Assembly (NCBI RefSeq): GCF_000315625.1 | Contig: NW_005434644.1 | Coordinates: forward strand, 445,891 to 509,269 | DNA: 63,379 nt | From: Guillardia theta CCMP2712 | Taxonomy: Eukaryota; Protista; Cryptophyta | Direction of reading: 5' to 3' | In this document: positions 33,542 through 46,909 of the stretch, one piece after another | How positions within the stretch are numbered: the first letter of the stretch is position 1 | How the letters are laid out: each line of letters opens with the position of its first letter | The notes under the pieces: model-generated | Told to the model about the DNA's origin: nothing | Seen by the model: only the letters and a program-made list of their open reading frames with translations | The model's database searches: none | Made by a program: the position numbers and the translations under genes

Positions 33542-35218
33542 CTGGAGACCGAGGTACCCTTCGAGAATTCCCAGGAATCTGTTTTGACGTATCCGTTCAT
33601 GTGCTCAGTAGCTGAAGCATTCTCGGAACATCCTCCTTATCTCCTTCAAGTTTGCATCTCCGAGCGCAAACTTTGTTGAGCAAACCAGCGAGACAGCCCT
33701 GGACGCTCCCTCCCTTCTGTTCTTTGTGCACCTCACAGTCCCTCTTGTTCTCCTCAACGGTCCCTCCTGCCTCCTGCCTGCGATATCTCCCTTACTCCCC
33801 TCCACTTGCTCCAGTCGCCCCTCCACTACAAGCTTTCGTTGAGCCTGCAAAAAATTCGAGCACCCTCCTCAAGAATACAGGAGGGGTCCTTTTAAAGGAA
33901 ATCGAGGGGGTGTGTCTCGGAGATGGGTCTAGGGTCCGTGCAAGGATTTCTTTGAAAAAGTGCACACGGGTGGGTGGGGTGGTCCCATGGAGTAGAGCAG
34001 GTAGGGGTATACGGAACGGTTCTCGACTTGAACCGGTGTAACGTGCACAAGGTGCCTGAGAGAGGGGTGGTACGGAGAGGGTACCCACTCATAGAGGACA
34101 GTTTTCATTATAAAATGGGGGGTACGAAAGCCGATTGATGTGGTAGGGGTAAATGAGTATTTTCTGAGGGCGGGTTCAGCAGCTGGTACTGCTGGGGGTG
34201 GGGATGGGGGGCGGGGTTGCACAGTATTATTTATTATACGAATTCGGAATCGTGTTCTAATAGTATTTTTAAAGTAAGACAAGTGACTCGAAAAAATTGA
34301 TTTTGACTGAAATATCTATTTCTGCCAAAACCTAAAACCTTTTTTGGAGCTGAAACGACGTCTCTCTCTTCGGTCGGATGGGCAAAATACAAGTTTTCAA
34401 GGATCACAGATGCCCCTTCGTTTTGAACAGTCATGATCAATGCGAGGCCCGGGTCCCCACGGCACCGGGCCCGCCGCACTGCTGACCGGCGGACTCCCGG
34501 AGTCCGAGCAAGCCTGGGCCCAGGGCCGGGCCCAGCGGGCCCCCGGCCGCCGCCGGCCCTGGCCGCCCGGGCCGGGCCCGGCGCACCGTGGCACCGTGCG
34601 GCCACGGCGGGCCCGTTCAAGCCGGGGCCCCGCCGGTCGGCTCGGACTCGGAGTCGGCCGGGGCCGGCCGCCCCGTGACGGTGCCCGGCCGCCACCGTGC
34701 CACCCGGTCCGTCATCTGCGCCCGGCCGGGCTCCTGGAATACTGACGGTCATGGCTCGGCCTCCGACCGGAGCGGCTCGGAACGTCCGGCCGCCGGGCGG
34801 CACGGAGGGGCCCGCCGGTCCGGATCATCCGATGGCCGTCCGGGGGCCGCCGGCCGGCTGCGGCTGCCGGCGGGGGCGGCGGTGGCCGGGTCATACCGTA
34901 CTACAGTAGGCTGCCACTGAGTCACGGCCCGGTCGGTCTGAGCCGGGAGTCAGCCTCGGACCGCCGGTACCGCCCGGTGACACTGAGTGACTCAGGCTGG
35001 CCCGGCGGGCCGCGCCCCCGGCACTGCGTGGCCCCCGCCGGGCGGCCCGGCCCGCCGCGCCGCCGGGCCCCGGCCGTCCGATTTCCGAAGCGGCTGAGTT
35101 GATCGGCCCGGGTGACAGGCTCGAGTGATGTCTCAGAGCCTGTCTGCACTGTCACACTGATGATCATTTTTGCGGCACCACCGACGGTACCGGCGTCGTT
35201 GGCGGCATATCATAACAA

Positions 35219-35246
35219 GATCATCATCATCATCATCATCATCATT

Positions 35247-35322
<76 letters not shown>

Positions 35323-35352
35323 GCTTCGTCGTCGCCGGCTTCGTCGTCGTCT
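35219..35352. repeat. (ATC)n-(GTC)n microsatellite
   Basis: Direct reading of the sequence. Confidence 0.95.
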
Positions 35353-36824
35353 TCACCTTCTGGTTGTTTCTCCGTGGCAGGCAGTACGAGTTCTGAACCA
35401 GCCGAAGTTGTGCGGGAGTCCGTCTGGCATCCGACGAGTGCCAACTTGGCAAGACTGTGAGACTGCTGCAGTGCCAACTTGTTGGCTGCAGCGTCGCACT
35501 GGCCGCCCGAGTACTTCCGTACGGTACGCAGTGAGGACCGTACTTGAATCATCATTGCATTCAGTGGCATTCGGACCGTCATCGCTATCGGTCGGACTGC
35601 ACATCGCCTCCGATAAGCCTGAGAAATGGATTGTTCCTGGTTGCCGAATCCATACAGCGCCAGCGGCATCATCAATGATGACAGTGACAGGCTGCCCCGG
35701 TGCATAAGTTTGCCTAAAAAGGCGGTCAAAGCATTGCTGCAGGGCAATACTACAAAAAAATCTGTGTTTTTGCATTATTTGTGATTTACTGATCTGTTGT
35801 ACATTCCTAGACAAAAGCTCAGGTTTCTACCTCCTCTTGCTCTACACAAAGATGTGCTGCCCCTGCCAAGACTGCATCCTGTTCTCAGCTTCTTCATATC
35901 CCGGCTTGCCCTTGATCGCCACCTTGGAAGACGCACGGCGCTCATTGCACAAGCATCTCTGGCTTTCGAGCGTCCTCCACGGAGCCTTTTCTCGATGGTG
36001 TCGTCCCCTGAATCCCTGCTCGCATAGGACTGATCTCGGTTTGCTCTAGGATTCGTTCCTTCTTCAGCCTGGTGTGGACGGTTGGCTTCCACTGCTGTGG
36101 GCTCTAACGCCTCCGAGGCTTGAAGGGAGGAGAGAATCTGAAGCGAGAAGTCGCACATGAGATTTGCACTGTTGGTGACTGGGCTTACGCATGCCGAGGT
36201 GCCCCATAGCTCGATGAAGGCGCTGATGTCTGTTGGCATTACGAAGGCGCTGATGTCTGTTGGCATTACGATGTCGCTGCTCGTCACTGGTGGCATGGAT
36301 TTGTTTGTGGTGCGAAACACAGGTGAAACTCCGTTTGTAAGCGCTGACCCAACATGATTTCGGGGACCGTGGCAATGCCATGAACATCTCGACTCAAAAT
36401 CCTCCTACCGGTCAATAATCCTGGGAGTTTGACGCAACCGGTGGGGTACTTATTCCTCTGATCTCGAGATTCTGACGTGTGAGATCGAAGGGGTGTGGTT
36501 TTGAAGGTCAACGAGTAAAAAGCTCTTAGGGGAGGTTCTGTGGCTCCCTTACCTGTGGAGATGCGAGGGGCTAGAGCTGGTCTCATAGTCTCATTAGCCC
36601 GTCAGCAAGGCCACGGCTACAGCAAAGAGAGCTCAACAGAGTTCTCCGCCCCCCTACCGACGTCTTTATAAACCCCATCCTCTTTCCCTCACCTCCAACT
36701 CACTACGTAGCCCAGCTCACTCTTCTACTGTCTTGTGCAACCTACAGAGCTCCTGCAGCTCCTTTTCGTGCCCATCCACTCTCTTCCCGGCCTTGTGCTT
36801 CTTGTTTTTTCCTTTCTCGCCTCC

Positions 36825-37058
36825 ATGACTTCTTCTTGCTACCTTCCATCCGCATGCGACGCCACCAACCTCGAGACATCAACACGGAACCCCTCAGGGC
36901 CCTCTCGCGCTAAGCAGCTCGCCTGCCTGCAGGCTTCCATCCGCCTCATCCAGTCTGGCAAGGAAGTAATGGGCGCGACGGGAGAAATGATCCAGATGAG
37001 ATCGGCTGCCGTCAGCAGGAGGATAGAGGACATTGAATCAGAGGAGATGAAGGTGTAG
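36825..37058 (+). CDS. Small hypothetical protein, 77 aa
   Basis: TATA-like tttataaa at ~36665, a pyrimidine-rich leader and ctccATG. Its 3' part is duplicated in inverted orientation downstream. Confidence 0.4.
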   Translation: MTSSCYLPSACDATNLETSTRNPSGPSRAKQLACLQASIRLIQSGKEVMGATGEMIQMRSAAVSRRIEDIESEEMKV

Positions 37059-37758
37059 GCTGGGGACACGAGGCAGATGGAGAAAGCACCATCCTTCTGA
37101 ATGGGAATGTATGTAGAATTAGACTATACATGTATGTAGATTTTGAATAAACCTCCAGGCTTTCGAAAACGAACAAGCACAACATTTGGAGGGAAATGCT
37201 GATGAAACAGTCTAAGTGCAGAGGGCTTTGTGGAGTAGAGCAGTGAAAACATGCTTGTGTGTGATCAACGTGTTGTGGTTGTTCAGGAACTTCTCAGCCT
37301 CCAGGTGTAACACTTGGAGGATTGGGCTCACCAGACGTGAGTGTCAAAGACTGCAAACCCGCAGAGAGAGATACATGTTCGGTGTCAAAGAAAGGTTGTG
37401 ATACTTTACTATTATCATCGCATGACTCAGTGACACTCGTGGCGTCACTCATCGCGAACTTGGCGCAAGTTGTTCTATGAAGTATGTAGGATCGCAAAAT
37501 TGGGCAGCTATCAACATACATTTATGTACATGTTTGACAATACTCTACATACATCATCCCTGGCAACGACGGCAGGCAACCTCGGAGATCTCCAACTGCC
37601 TCGTGTCCCCAGCCTACACCTTCATCTCCTCTGATTCAATGTCCTCTATCCTCCTGCTGACGGCAGCCGATCTCATCTGGATCATTTCTCCCGTCGCGCC
37701 CATTACTTCCTTGCCAGACTGGATGAGGCGGATGGAAGCCTGCAGGCAGGCGAGCTGC
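36914..37758. repeat. 163-bp inverted repeat (36914-37076 / 37596-37758), 519-bp spacer
   Basis: The arms read as reverse complements. The ORF track shows the same peptide SPAYTFISSDSMSSILLLTAADLIW on both strands. Confidence 0.95.
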
Positions 37759-38889
37759 AGGAGAATCGAATCAGGGGTAGAAGATCAGTCAAAAACTCTA
37801 GGGAAGAGACCGTGCTATGTCAGGAAGGATCAGGTACCAGTATCGTCCCAGAGGTACGATCCTTGAACCGTTGAACTGAGCGAAGGGGGCAAGATGGATC
37901 CTGATCCGATATCCTGTCAAGCCGTGCTGCTGACTGAAGGTACCGTGATTAGGCTGAAATCCCGGGTCCGGGATCCACCAGAGTTGACTAGTTTACTCAA
38001 GTTGACATGTCTTCACTGATCTAAGTTTACTACATAGCCTTTTGCAGTCTCACCGACTGTCACTGACCGGGGCGCCGCCGCCGCGCCTAACTGTGGCCAG
38101 CCGGGCGGCTAAACCAGCGGCGGTCCCGGCCGTGACTCGCCGCTGAGTGCCAGTCCGACTTCTTTGACTTCCGAGTTTACTTTGACATTACTTTTAGTAA
38201 CTTATAGTGGCTGTTCCCGGGCCGCGCCGGGACCGGGGCCGGGCTCCCGGCCGCGCCGGGCGGCCCCCGGCCGAGACGGTGAGTCCGGTCCGGTCCGATC
38301 AGTGCCCGGCGGCCACAGGGCCGGGGCGGGACGCCCGCCCCGGCGGACTTCCGAAGCCTTGACGTCCGATCCGCCAGGCTCCGCCCGCGATCGGACGCGG
38401 CTAGATTGAGACTAGCACGACGGACGGTGGGCCGCACTGCCAGATTAGAACAACTGTTTAGTTTGTAAGAAGCCGCAGGGAAATTCGGCGGCACTGCCGC
38501 AGCTTCGCACCTTCAAGTTAGCGAGGCTCATGAAACTAAGTTAGGCTTAGCCGGGCGGTCGCCGTACCGTCACCGCACCGCCGTAGCTCAGTACGGATGC
38601 CCGCGATCCCACGGCGAGCTCAGTGCGGCAGCAGTCTCACTTAGTTCATTCCGTGTTAACATTTAGTTCGGCAAGAAGTGCCGGAACGAGCTGGACAGTA
38701 GGATGGACCATGGAACCATCGGAAGGTAATCGGACATGGACGGCGATCATCGGATGATTCGACGACCGTGTGAGCAGCACAGCAGATGCTGAGGCAGCCT
38801 AAGATTGAGCACTGAGACCAGCAGCGGCAGCGCAGAGTCACGGTCAGCAACCGAAGTCTAGCGCGAGCTTCGCCTCTCTCCTCCCGGCG

Positions 38890-40476
38890 TCAGTTCTGTT
38901 TGCTGGCTTGCATGAAGGCATTCATATCTGCACATCCCATCGTATGAGCCACTTGCCGACAAAGTAGACATCGCATCCAACAAAGTAGACATCGCATCCA
39001 ACAAAGTAGACATCGCAGCCAACCTGAGCAGATCGTGTCTCGCTTCGAAAGGGCTTCAGGGAGCCACTCTCTCAGTTGCTCCGCTCGATTCTCGTGGGAG
39101 GGGTGGGTGTTCAGGAAAGAGATCTACAGGAAGCAGTCACGGCCTTGCCCAGCTGGCGGACTAGTCACGGCGCCAGCAGCCTAACCACCTCTGTATCCTC
39201 CAGGGCTCCTCACCTCCTTTAGGCCACGGGCGTTCGCCATCCTCCCAAACTGCTCGAAGACTCGAGGAGCAACCGACGGGTCGTAGAAGCAGGTCTTGGC
39301 CAGGATCTGCAGCCCCAGGTAGTCGGCTTCCCGCTCCAACTTCCTGCACCACCAGCTCACGCACACAGCAAGATGCGCTCGGGAGTCTGCCTGGAGTAGG
39401 GCAGCTCAGCTCCGAGGACAAACACCCAGTTTGTGATGAAGCGCGCATTGAACAGCATGCTTGAGAAGAAATCGAGCCACATGAGGCTGCGAACACAGCT
39501 CACGCGATGAAGCAGAGGGAGAGGGGGGGAGGTAAAGAGAGACCCAGAGTGAGTGAGAGTGAGAGAGGTAGAAAGAGGTAGAGGTAGAGGGAGAGGGGGG
39601 GAGAGAGGGAGGGAGAGATAGGGCAGGGAGTGAGGGGGGGAGGGAGGCAGAGAGGAAATGCTTGCAGGCAAGAAACCCCTGCACTACTGACATGTTTGCA
39701 AACGCCAGCTTTTCTGCTGCGTGCCTGATCAAGCACAACGTGTGAGTCCTGGAAGTGACAAACCCCAACTGTACCTCGCCAGGACGTGTCCAGCTTCATG
39801 CGCTAAGACAGCAGCAAGCGCGTGCTCATCATAGTTGAAGGTTTGGAGAAGACCTTCGAAGACAACCACCTTCCCTCCTGGAAGGCAAGCAGCGTTGACC
39901 TGAGGGCTTCGGATCACCTTGAACTCCCATGGCAGGTTGGGGTCCGTCGCCTGCGCTACTCTCGTCCCCACTCTTGTCACCAGCTGCGCGGCAGGGTCAT
40001 TGGGAGGCAGCACCGATCCGTGCATGAGGAGACGATGAAATTGACTCCTGCCAAAGGCGATCTCTCTGTCTCTGGACATGTCTATCATCCTCCACCTGCT
40101 TTCGTCTCATTGTTCGCTAGATCGGAACAACTTTTGGTCACCTGCCGGTGTAAGGAGCCTGATCAAGGTGCACAACGTAGTAGACAACGAAGGATGCAGG
40201 AACAAGTGCGATCCATGCCGATGCCCGGAAGTTGCTTGTGTTGCTGCTTCCTGCATCCTCGCCCCTCTTGAAGTGCTTGTAACCATCGCCTTGCGGTCTC
40301 CCTGTGAACATGGAACGTGCACCCTTGTAAACCTGCCTTACTTCGATGATCCGCATGTCTCGGAGACGAGGACCAGCGCGGTAGAGAGCAGGCATGGCGG
40401 CTCCAACCTTCGCTTGCACCAGCCATGACGCCCGTCGCCCCAGGGCGGCAGCGACACCATGTCCCATGGTGAACAT
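38890..40476 (-). CDS. OMA1: M48 family zinc metalloprotease, OMA1-like, mitochondrial
   Basis: Motifs HLDQAPYTG/R, WEFKVIRSPQVNAACLPGGKVVVFEGLL, VLAHEAGHVLAR/H (HExxH), LPYSR/KLEREADYLG, FLNTHPSHENR. Arg-rich presequence. Confidence 0.92.
38959..39022. repeat. 21-bp minisatellite x3 (acaaagtagacatcgcatcca) in last OMA1 intron
   Basis: Direct reading of the sequence. Confidence 0.9.
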
Positions 40477-40727
40477 TTCGAAAAAACCCACAAAAACCTT
40501 GAGCGTCAGGAGCCCGCCTCAGTGGTATAGGGTTGAAAGGGATGGGCCGCATATTCCCCGCTCCTTCCTCCCCGCGTATCGCATGAGGGACCGACCTGGC
40601 GGAGACGCTGCTTGAGCGCTTCGACCTCCCTCCTGCCTCGGACTCGAGGTAGGAGTATCCTTGCCTGCCTCCCGAGTCACGCAGGAGCCTGCCTGTCTTC
40701 GGCTGATAGCTCCTGACCCACGGCACT

Positions 40728-41201
40728 ATGCCAGAATCGAGTCCTTCGGAAGTCCTCGTCGCTCAAGAGGAGTTGGCCGTGCACATCTGTGAGGCACAGG
40801 AAAAGGTGCAGAAAGACATCATCGCAAAGATGATCTTCGATCCCAGCCCTGCACCCAGACTCCGCTTGGCAGCGGGTGGTGAAGGAGCACCGGCGTCTCC
40901 AGCGATCGAAGAGCCATTTGCGCGGGTCTCGGAATCGGCGGAGAAGCGCAATCCTCCAGGTGAAAACCAGGGCGTGCGCAGGAGAGTTGGTATTGGGTGC
41001 AACCAACGGCAGGGGCTGAAGGTTGACTCGGACCCTTTGATCTACAGTCCAGTGTCAGGGTGGGAGCAGAACGGGCGAGAAGACGAGGAGACCAACTGCT
41101 TCATCCCCTGGATTGATCTATTTCTTCCTGCATCTAGTCCATATGGATTAGACAGAAACCCGCTGGACCAAGTGAAGCCTCTCCGGGAGTGGAATTTTTG
41201 A
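40728..41201 (+). CDS. Hypothetical protein (start uncertain)
   Basis: 157-codon ORF with coding-like composition, head-to-head with OMA1. No recognisable motif. Confidence 0.35.
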   Translation: MPESSPSEVLVAQEELAVHICEAQEKVQKDIIAKMIFDPSPAPRLRLAAGGEGAPASPAIEEPFARVSESAEKRNPPGENQGVRRRVGIGCNQRQGLKVDSDPLIYSPVSGWEQNGREDEETNCFIPWIDLFLPASSPYGLDRNPLDQVKPLREWNF

Positions 41202-41741
41202 ATGTGTGTTACAACATGTGATTTGGGCAGAGGTGGTTGACTTGTGAAAATGATACACGATCTTTCGTTGTACATGCGGTTTCTTGAGATTCGTGATGAA
41301 TAGAATTCCTTCTTACACTGTGAGATGGTTTTTCTTTCTTCCAAGGCGTCTCTGTTCATCTTTGCACGTTCTGAATCATTGCATTGACAAAGCTCGTTCA
41401 CTCTCAGTGTCTCGTGGTCGAGCTAGGTTGAACCAGCAGGAAATCCAGGTCGGAAGGCTCTACCCGTCCGCATCCACCTTGATGCAGCAGGGCGTTCGGA
41501 GAAGTTAGAAGTGGATGATCAATCAGGCAGGGGAGGAGAAAAATTGAACTTAACGGCTGGCAAGTGCTGTCCTCACTTTCTGAGAGCATTCTTCGCGCGA
41601 TATCTTTGACCCGTGTTCCAGTCTTACAACACTTGAGGGAGGTTGACACCAGGCTCCAAATCAACTCGCGAATAAAATCGAGTCGAGTCCAAAATTGTTT
41701 TGAATAAACCTCTGAAGCAATAAACTCCATCCTCGCAAAAC

Positions 41742-44700
41742 TCACTCACATCTCAGGTTCCTATACGCTACATACCTCTTGTGCCCCTCCGTCGTCCTTA
41801 GATCCATAAACCCCTTCACCAGAAGCTGCAGCTCGCACACATGCCCCGCTACCCCCAGCTCCCTCGTCCTCTCCGTCACCACCCGTAGGTTCACCGCCAC
41901 GTCTCGGTACCCCCCCGTCGTCCGCGCGTCGAAGCTCGGGTCCAGCCTGTTCTTGATCCTCATCACCACGATCTCGGGGTCTCCCAGGATCCGCTCCAGA
42001 CACTCGCACAGGTCCTCGAGCTGCTCGAAGACGATGCACTGCCGCACCACGTCCAGCAGCCTCGACACGTCGTTGTTGTAGGATCGCACGAGCTTCTCCA
42101 CCGCCCGGTCCACGCTCTTCATCGGCGCCCATCGGATCCGCTGCTGAAGCTCCTCGTCCTCCTTTGCCTCCCTCCACCCGATACACTCCACCAACCCTTC
42201 GCTACCTGAAGGCAGAGCCGGGAACAAGCCCCTCGACTCCTCCGCAAGCTCTTGTACCTTCTTCCGGAAGATCGGGTCGGCAAACACCGCCTGCGCGTAC
42301 AGCTGGTCTAGCGACACCACCCGCGGGTCCTTGCTCAGCGGCCACACGCTCTTGCTCGGCACACGCAGGGAGAAGGAGCCGCCCTGGCTCTTCCTCAGCA
42401 TCCACTCCAGCGGGCTCGACGACTCCTCTAGCGGGCTGTCGGGGTCATGCACGCGGCTCTGAGCCAGCCTGGTCGGGACTTGGACCTGCGAGACCAGCTG
42501 GCCGATGCGCTCCAGGGTCAGGCGACTGGTTTGAGAGGAAGAGAGAGACTCCCAGAGGTCGTTGTACTTGAGAAGCTCCGACTTGACGTTCTTGAAGGCT
42601 CTGTGCAGGTGGAGTTTTCTGCCTATAGTGAAGTACAACCACATCGCTATCAGGGGGAAGTTGCTCCATCCAAGATTCGATATGTCCGGAACACGCTTGT
42701 ATCCATGGGTGACGAGGCTTGAAACCCCGACCGAGGTGAAGATGCTGTAGAACGGCAGGACTGTCATCATGTACTGCTCTCGAAACTCGATGACCATCCC
42801 GAAAGAAAGGTCCCCAATGCCCCATATCAAGCCGCTCCCCGTAGTCTCGTTGCCTACCGCGAAGAAGAAGATTTCAAACACTCCGACCACGTGAAACAAG
42901 GACGCGAACATCGTCTTCGGTACCCGTCGATACCCTAGCCTTGCCGTCACTACCGCCAAGATACATACAAGAGGCTGAATTATCGAGATCAAAATCGCAA
43001 GGATGCGAAACACTAGATATTGTACGTTGAAGTACATCCGTGCCCCCCTGTACGCCTCGCCTTCCTTGCACACTCCCATCCCCGGCCTCTCTCTGCACGA
43101 GAAGCTCGTCCAGTCCTTCCACGCCTTCCCCGACACACTCTCTACTTCCTCCCCGCTCCCCACCGGCCGCTCCAGTATCGAGAGGTTGAAGGCGATCGGG
43201 TCGTAGCCCGCCAGCTGCTTGTCAGGGTTGAGGCTGAAGTGCCAGCCGTTGGCCTCCGCCGGCGGAGCGAAGAAGAAGTAGAGCGTGTTGTTCACCGTCT
43301 TGGTGGACGCCGGGGATCGCTGGTTGCAGCTGTCAAGCATGAGAGAGAAGTTGGAGACGGAGGCGCTGGGAATGGAGGCGCGAGGAGCTTGATCGCGGTA
43401 TTCTTGTATGTGCAATCTTGCGACGTAAACTGAAGTAGCTTTGTTCTCGAGGAATCCACTGACATTGAGGGATGCGACGTACATGTAAGTGAGAAAGCCC
43501 GCGACGGCAAGAAGAACGACCTGCGTTGTCACCTTTTGTAACGTATTTTTGACAGGGTTGGAGGAGAAGATGACGCTCGAGGTCATGGTATTCTGTATCC
43601 CAGTAACGATGTTTCGTAGCTTCTCGTCCATGATACCCCCCGGGTACTTGCCCTTGTACTTCATGAAAGAGCTCTGTGGACAATCATCACACTGCTCAAA
43701 TGTCTGCATCCTTCCCTGTGCTCGGCTCAACCCTTCTTGGGTCGATTCAATTGACTCCGAAACTTGGCTCATGCTGACTTGGATGGAAACGTTTTCAACC
43801 TTGGAGCAAACCTTTTCTTTGCTCCACCATGCCCTCTCGTACCTCAGTACCTGCTTCACCCCTCGGTACCGCAGCCGCCGCTCCCGTGTCGATAGCACAT
43901 GCATCCCCATCACCCCCAGCCGCAGCTCGCACACATGCCCCGCTACCCCCAGCTCCCTCGTCCTCTCCGTCACCACCCGTAGGTTCACCGCCACGTCTCG
44001 GTACCCCCCCGTCGTCCGCGCGTCGAAGCTCGGGTCCAGCCTGTTCTTGATCCTCATCACCACGATCTCGGGGTCTCCCAGGATCCGCTCCAGACACTCG
44101 CACAGGTCCTCGAGCCGCTCGAAGACGATGCACTGCCGCACCACGTCCAGCAGCCTCGACGTCTGCCCATCGCACAGGCGGAGGATCTTGTCGATGGCGC
44201 GGTCGACGTTCTTGATTCTAGGCCATTCCACGTGTCTCATCAAGATCACGTCCCCCCGGATGTCCTCCAGCCGCACGTACTCTCTCTTGTCATCCGCGCT
44301 CAGCCGTAGCGGGATCATCCCCTTGGCCTCCGCCGCAAGCCCCAGCGCCTTCTCCCTGAAGATGGGCTCTATCAGCACCGCGTGCGCGTACAGCTGGTCC
44401 AGGCTGTTGACCGGCCCCGCGGCCGATCGCTGCTCTACGACAAACGTCCCCTTTTGTACCGTCTCTGTGAGGCTTCGACCACTCCCGTAGAGCGTGTGCA
44501 GCTGCCTCAGGCTCGACCTCGCCTCAGCGTCTTCTGCCGTCTCGTCGTCTGCCCTCGCCACGCGCTCGGCCATCGTACTTGTATACTCCCTCACTTGCTT
44601 CGACAGGTGCTGGATCGCCTCCTTGCTCCTGTCTGCCAGCCCTTCCCACTCCCTACAAAACGCCGCCCGATCCCCCGCGATCATCCGCTCCCCCCGGTAC

Positions 44701-45645
44701 ACCAGCGCCCGTCGCAGCATCAAGACCATGCTCAGCACGATGATCACGATGATGCTCTGATACGACACCAACCACGCCCCTGCTGCACACGCGTACACCA
44801 CGTTCGAGAGCAGCCCCAGCTCGATCGCCGACGACTCGCTGTACAGGAGCGGCCCGGGGAACAGAAGCACGTCCTGCCCAGCACCCCCGTCAGTCCCCCT
44901 CAGCCGCCTAGAGCTCGTCGCTCCCCGCCCTCCCGTACCTTGACCGCGACGAGCAGAAACAGAAACGAAGGTGTCCCAAGCATCGTCTTGTGGTAATCGC
45001 CCCGTACCTCCAGCCGAAGGAATATCAGCATGTTGCAGGCCGCGTCGAGCGCTCCGAAGAAAACAAAGATCTGGAGCCCCCCCAAGCCTCATGTCAGCTC
45101 CATGCTCCACCCCGACCTCCCGCCTGACTCACCTTGTTCACCCACTGCACTCTGTCCAAGGCTGCTCCGATCCCCGCCATCAGCAGAGCAAGCGGAGGGA
45201 AGAACCAGCTCAGCAGCTCCAGACGCGCATCCCAGCCGCACGACACGTTGCTGGGTATCGCGCGCGGCTCTAGGATGACATGCATCGAGCTGATTGATGG
45301 GAAGAAGAAGTCTTGCTGCCGGAGAGCTGCGACCTCGTATATCCTCACCACCAGCCAAGGCACGGCCACGAGCAGAGCGATGAGCTGACCGGCTCTCGAG
45401 GTCATGAAGGAAGTGATGGGCTCCCATGAGAAGACAGACAGGAGGGGATCGTGACGGTAGACGTGCCTGTCCTTCAAGGCAAGGTCCATGAAGTTACCGG
45501 GCTGCTGCGTGTAGTTGCGCACAAAAGCATCCAGAAAAGACGCGTGATTGACCTCGATGATGGTCGAAAGTGCAATTTCAGTCCTTGCATCCACGGGCGA
45601 CGCCGTTTCAATATCATCATTCTGACTTGTGTTGCTCATGGTCAT
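41742..45645 (-). CDS. Multi-pass membrane protein with two RelA/SpoT-like domains (copy 1); inferred exons 45645-45133, 45070-44939, 44873-41742
   Basis: Long ORF with two domains carrying K..R..K, LLDVVRQ, RIKNR, GGYRD and CEL(R/Q). Two hydrophobic helix bundles. GT-AG introns with ctgac branch sites keep the frame. Confidence 0.85.
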
Positions 45646-46065
45646 TTTGTAAATGATTCCATCCTTGTCATGAAACTGCTCAAGCAGTTTTGTGGCATGT
45701 CAAGGTCGTATCTTCTTCTGAAACCCCATGAAACAACTAGCATTGCTGTCTACCTGTAAAATATGTCAATGATGAAGCTCCGTTCTCGTCAGATGGTCAT
45801 GATAATTCAACTTGAAGCAAGCATTCCTGTTTCCTTTCCCAATAGGGTTCTGCGCTCTTCTTGAGAGTAAGAGGCTTGTAGATGAGCAGGCAAGACAAGT
45901 TTGTCCACAAATAATTCTAACACCCTGATGCGATGAGCTCGTTCCTTTTCGTTCTTTCAATCCCCTCCCCTGTTTCCACCCTCTGAGTATCTTCTCGCAG
46001 TGGTGCCAAACAGCTCCACTTGACCCTTCTCAACGCATCTTCTCGCATCCTCTCTTCACAAGTTC

Positions 46066-46220
46066 CTCGCCTCGCCTCGCCTCTCCTCTCCTCTCCTCTC
46101 CTCGCCTCGCCTCGCCTCGCCTCGCCTCGCCTCGCCTCGCCTCTCCCCTCCCCTCCCCTCCCCTCCCCTCCTCTCCTCTCCTCTCCTCTCCTCTCCTCTC
46201 CTCTCCTCTCCTCTCCTCTT
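46066..46220. repeat. Pentamer microsatellite (CTCGC/CTCTC/CTCCC)n in spacer of inverted duplication
   Basis: Direct reading of the sequence. Confidence 0.9.
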
Positions 46221-46909
46221 TTCTTCTCTTATCTCATTTCCATCCTAATTCATTCTGCATCAGCGCTGGCTATGGTCGACTCTCATTGCGATCATCCCGT
46301 CAAGCCCCCAACCCCTCATCTTCTGTTCCACACCACTGTGCACTTCGGTATCACCGGTACTTTTCCCCTTCCAGAGATGGGGTATAGGGTGAAGCTTTAC
46401 TAGAGGTCAGCAAGGGCCAGACCACGGGTACTTTAGTCTATATTTTGCGGGGGTGGAGGGAAAAATATCAATTTATTGGAAACGGCGGTACAAACAAATT
46501 AGTTTTAAGGGGTTCCGCCGTACCAGTCAGAGCGGGGGAATATCATTCTAAAACCCCATTTATAAAATGTAAACCAATGGGCCCCACGTGATCCAGTCAC
46601 GGCTCCGGTACCAACTTTCCTTTTTACTCAACATCGATCACAGTACAGCTGTTCGAAGTGACTGAAGTTTTTACTCACCGCTCCCAACCTGGAGGGGGTA
46701 GACAAAAAGGCGAACCTTCTACGTTCTGAAAGTGCAAAGTACCCGTCCGGATGTGGGAAAAGGCTCTGTGAGAAACGGGTGGGGTCATTACACGGTAAAT
46801 CATCGTAGTGCCGCAAGGGGGGAACAGGGGTAGTCGCCGGAAGAGGGTCGTATCTAACATGGTCAGGTGACAATTGCGGCAACATGGCCATGAAGCAACA
46901 GCAGCTCTG

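Noticed and set aside
34234-35167. Gly/Pro/Arg/Ala-rich ORFs in GC islands (also 8360-8641, 38164-38494)
   Set aside because: Open frames are expected from stop-codon scarcity at very high GC. There are no protein motifs and all frames look alike.
35775-36387. 181-aa ORF with a 27-bp tandem duplication (VMPTDISAF x2)
   Set aside because: No recognisable domain or clear gene structure, so it is too weak to call as a CDS.
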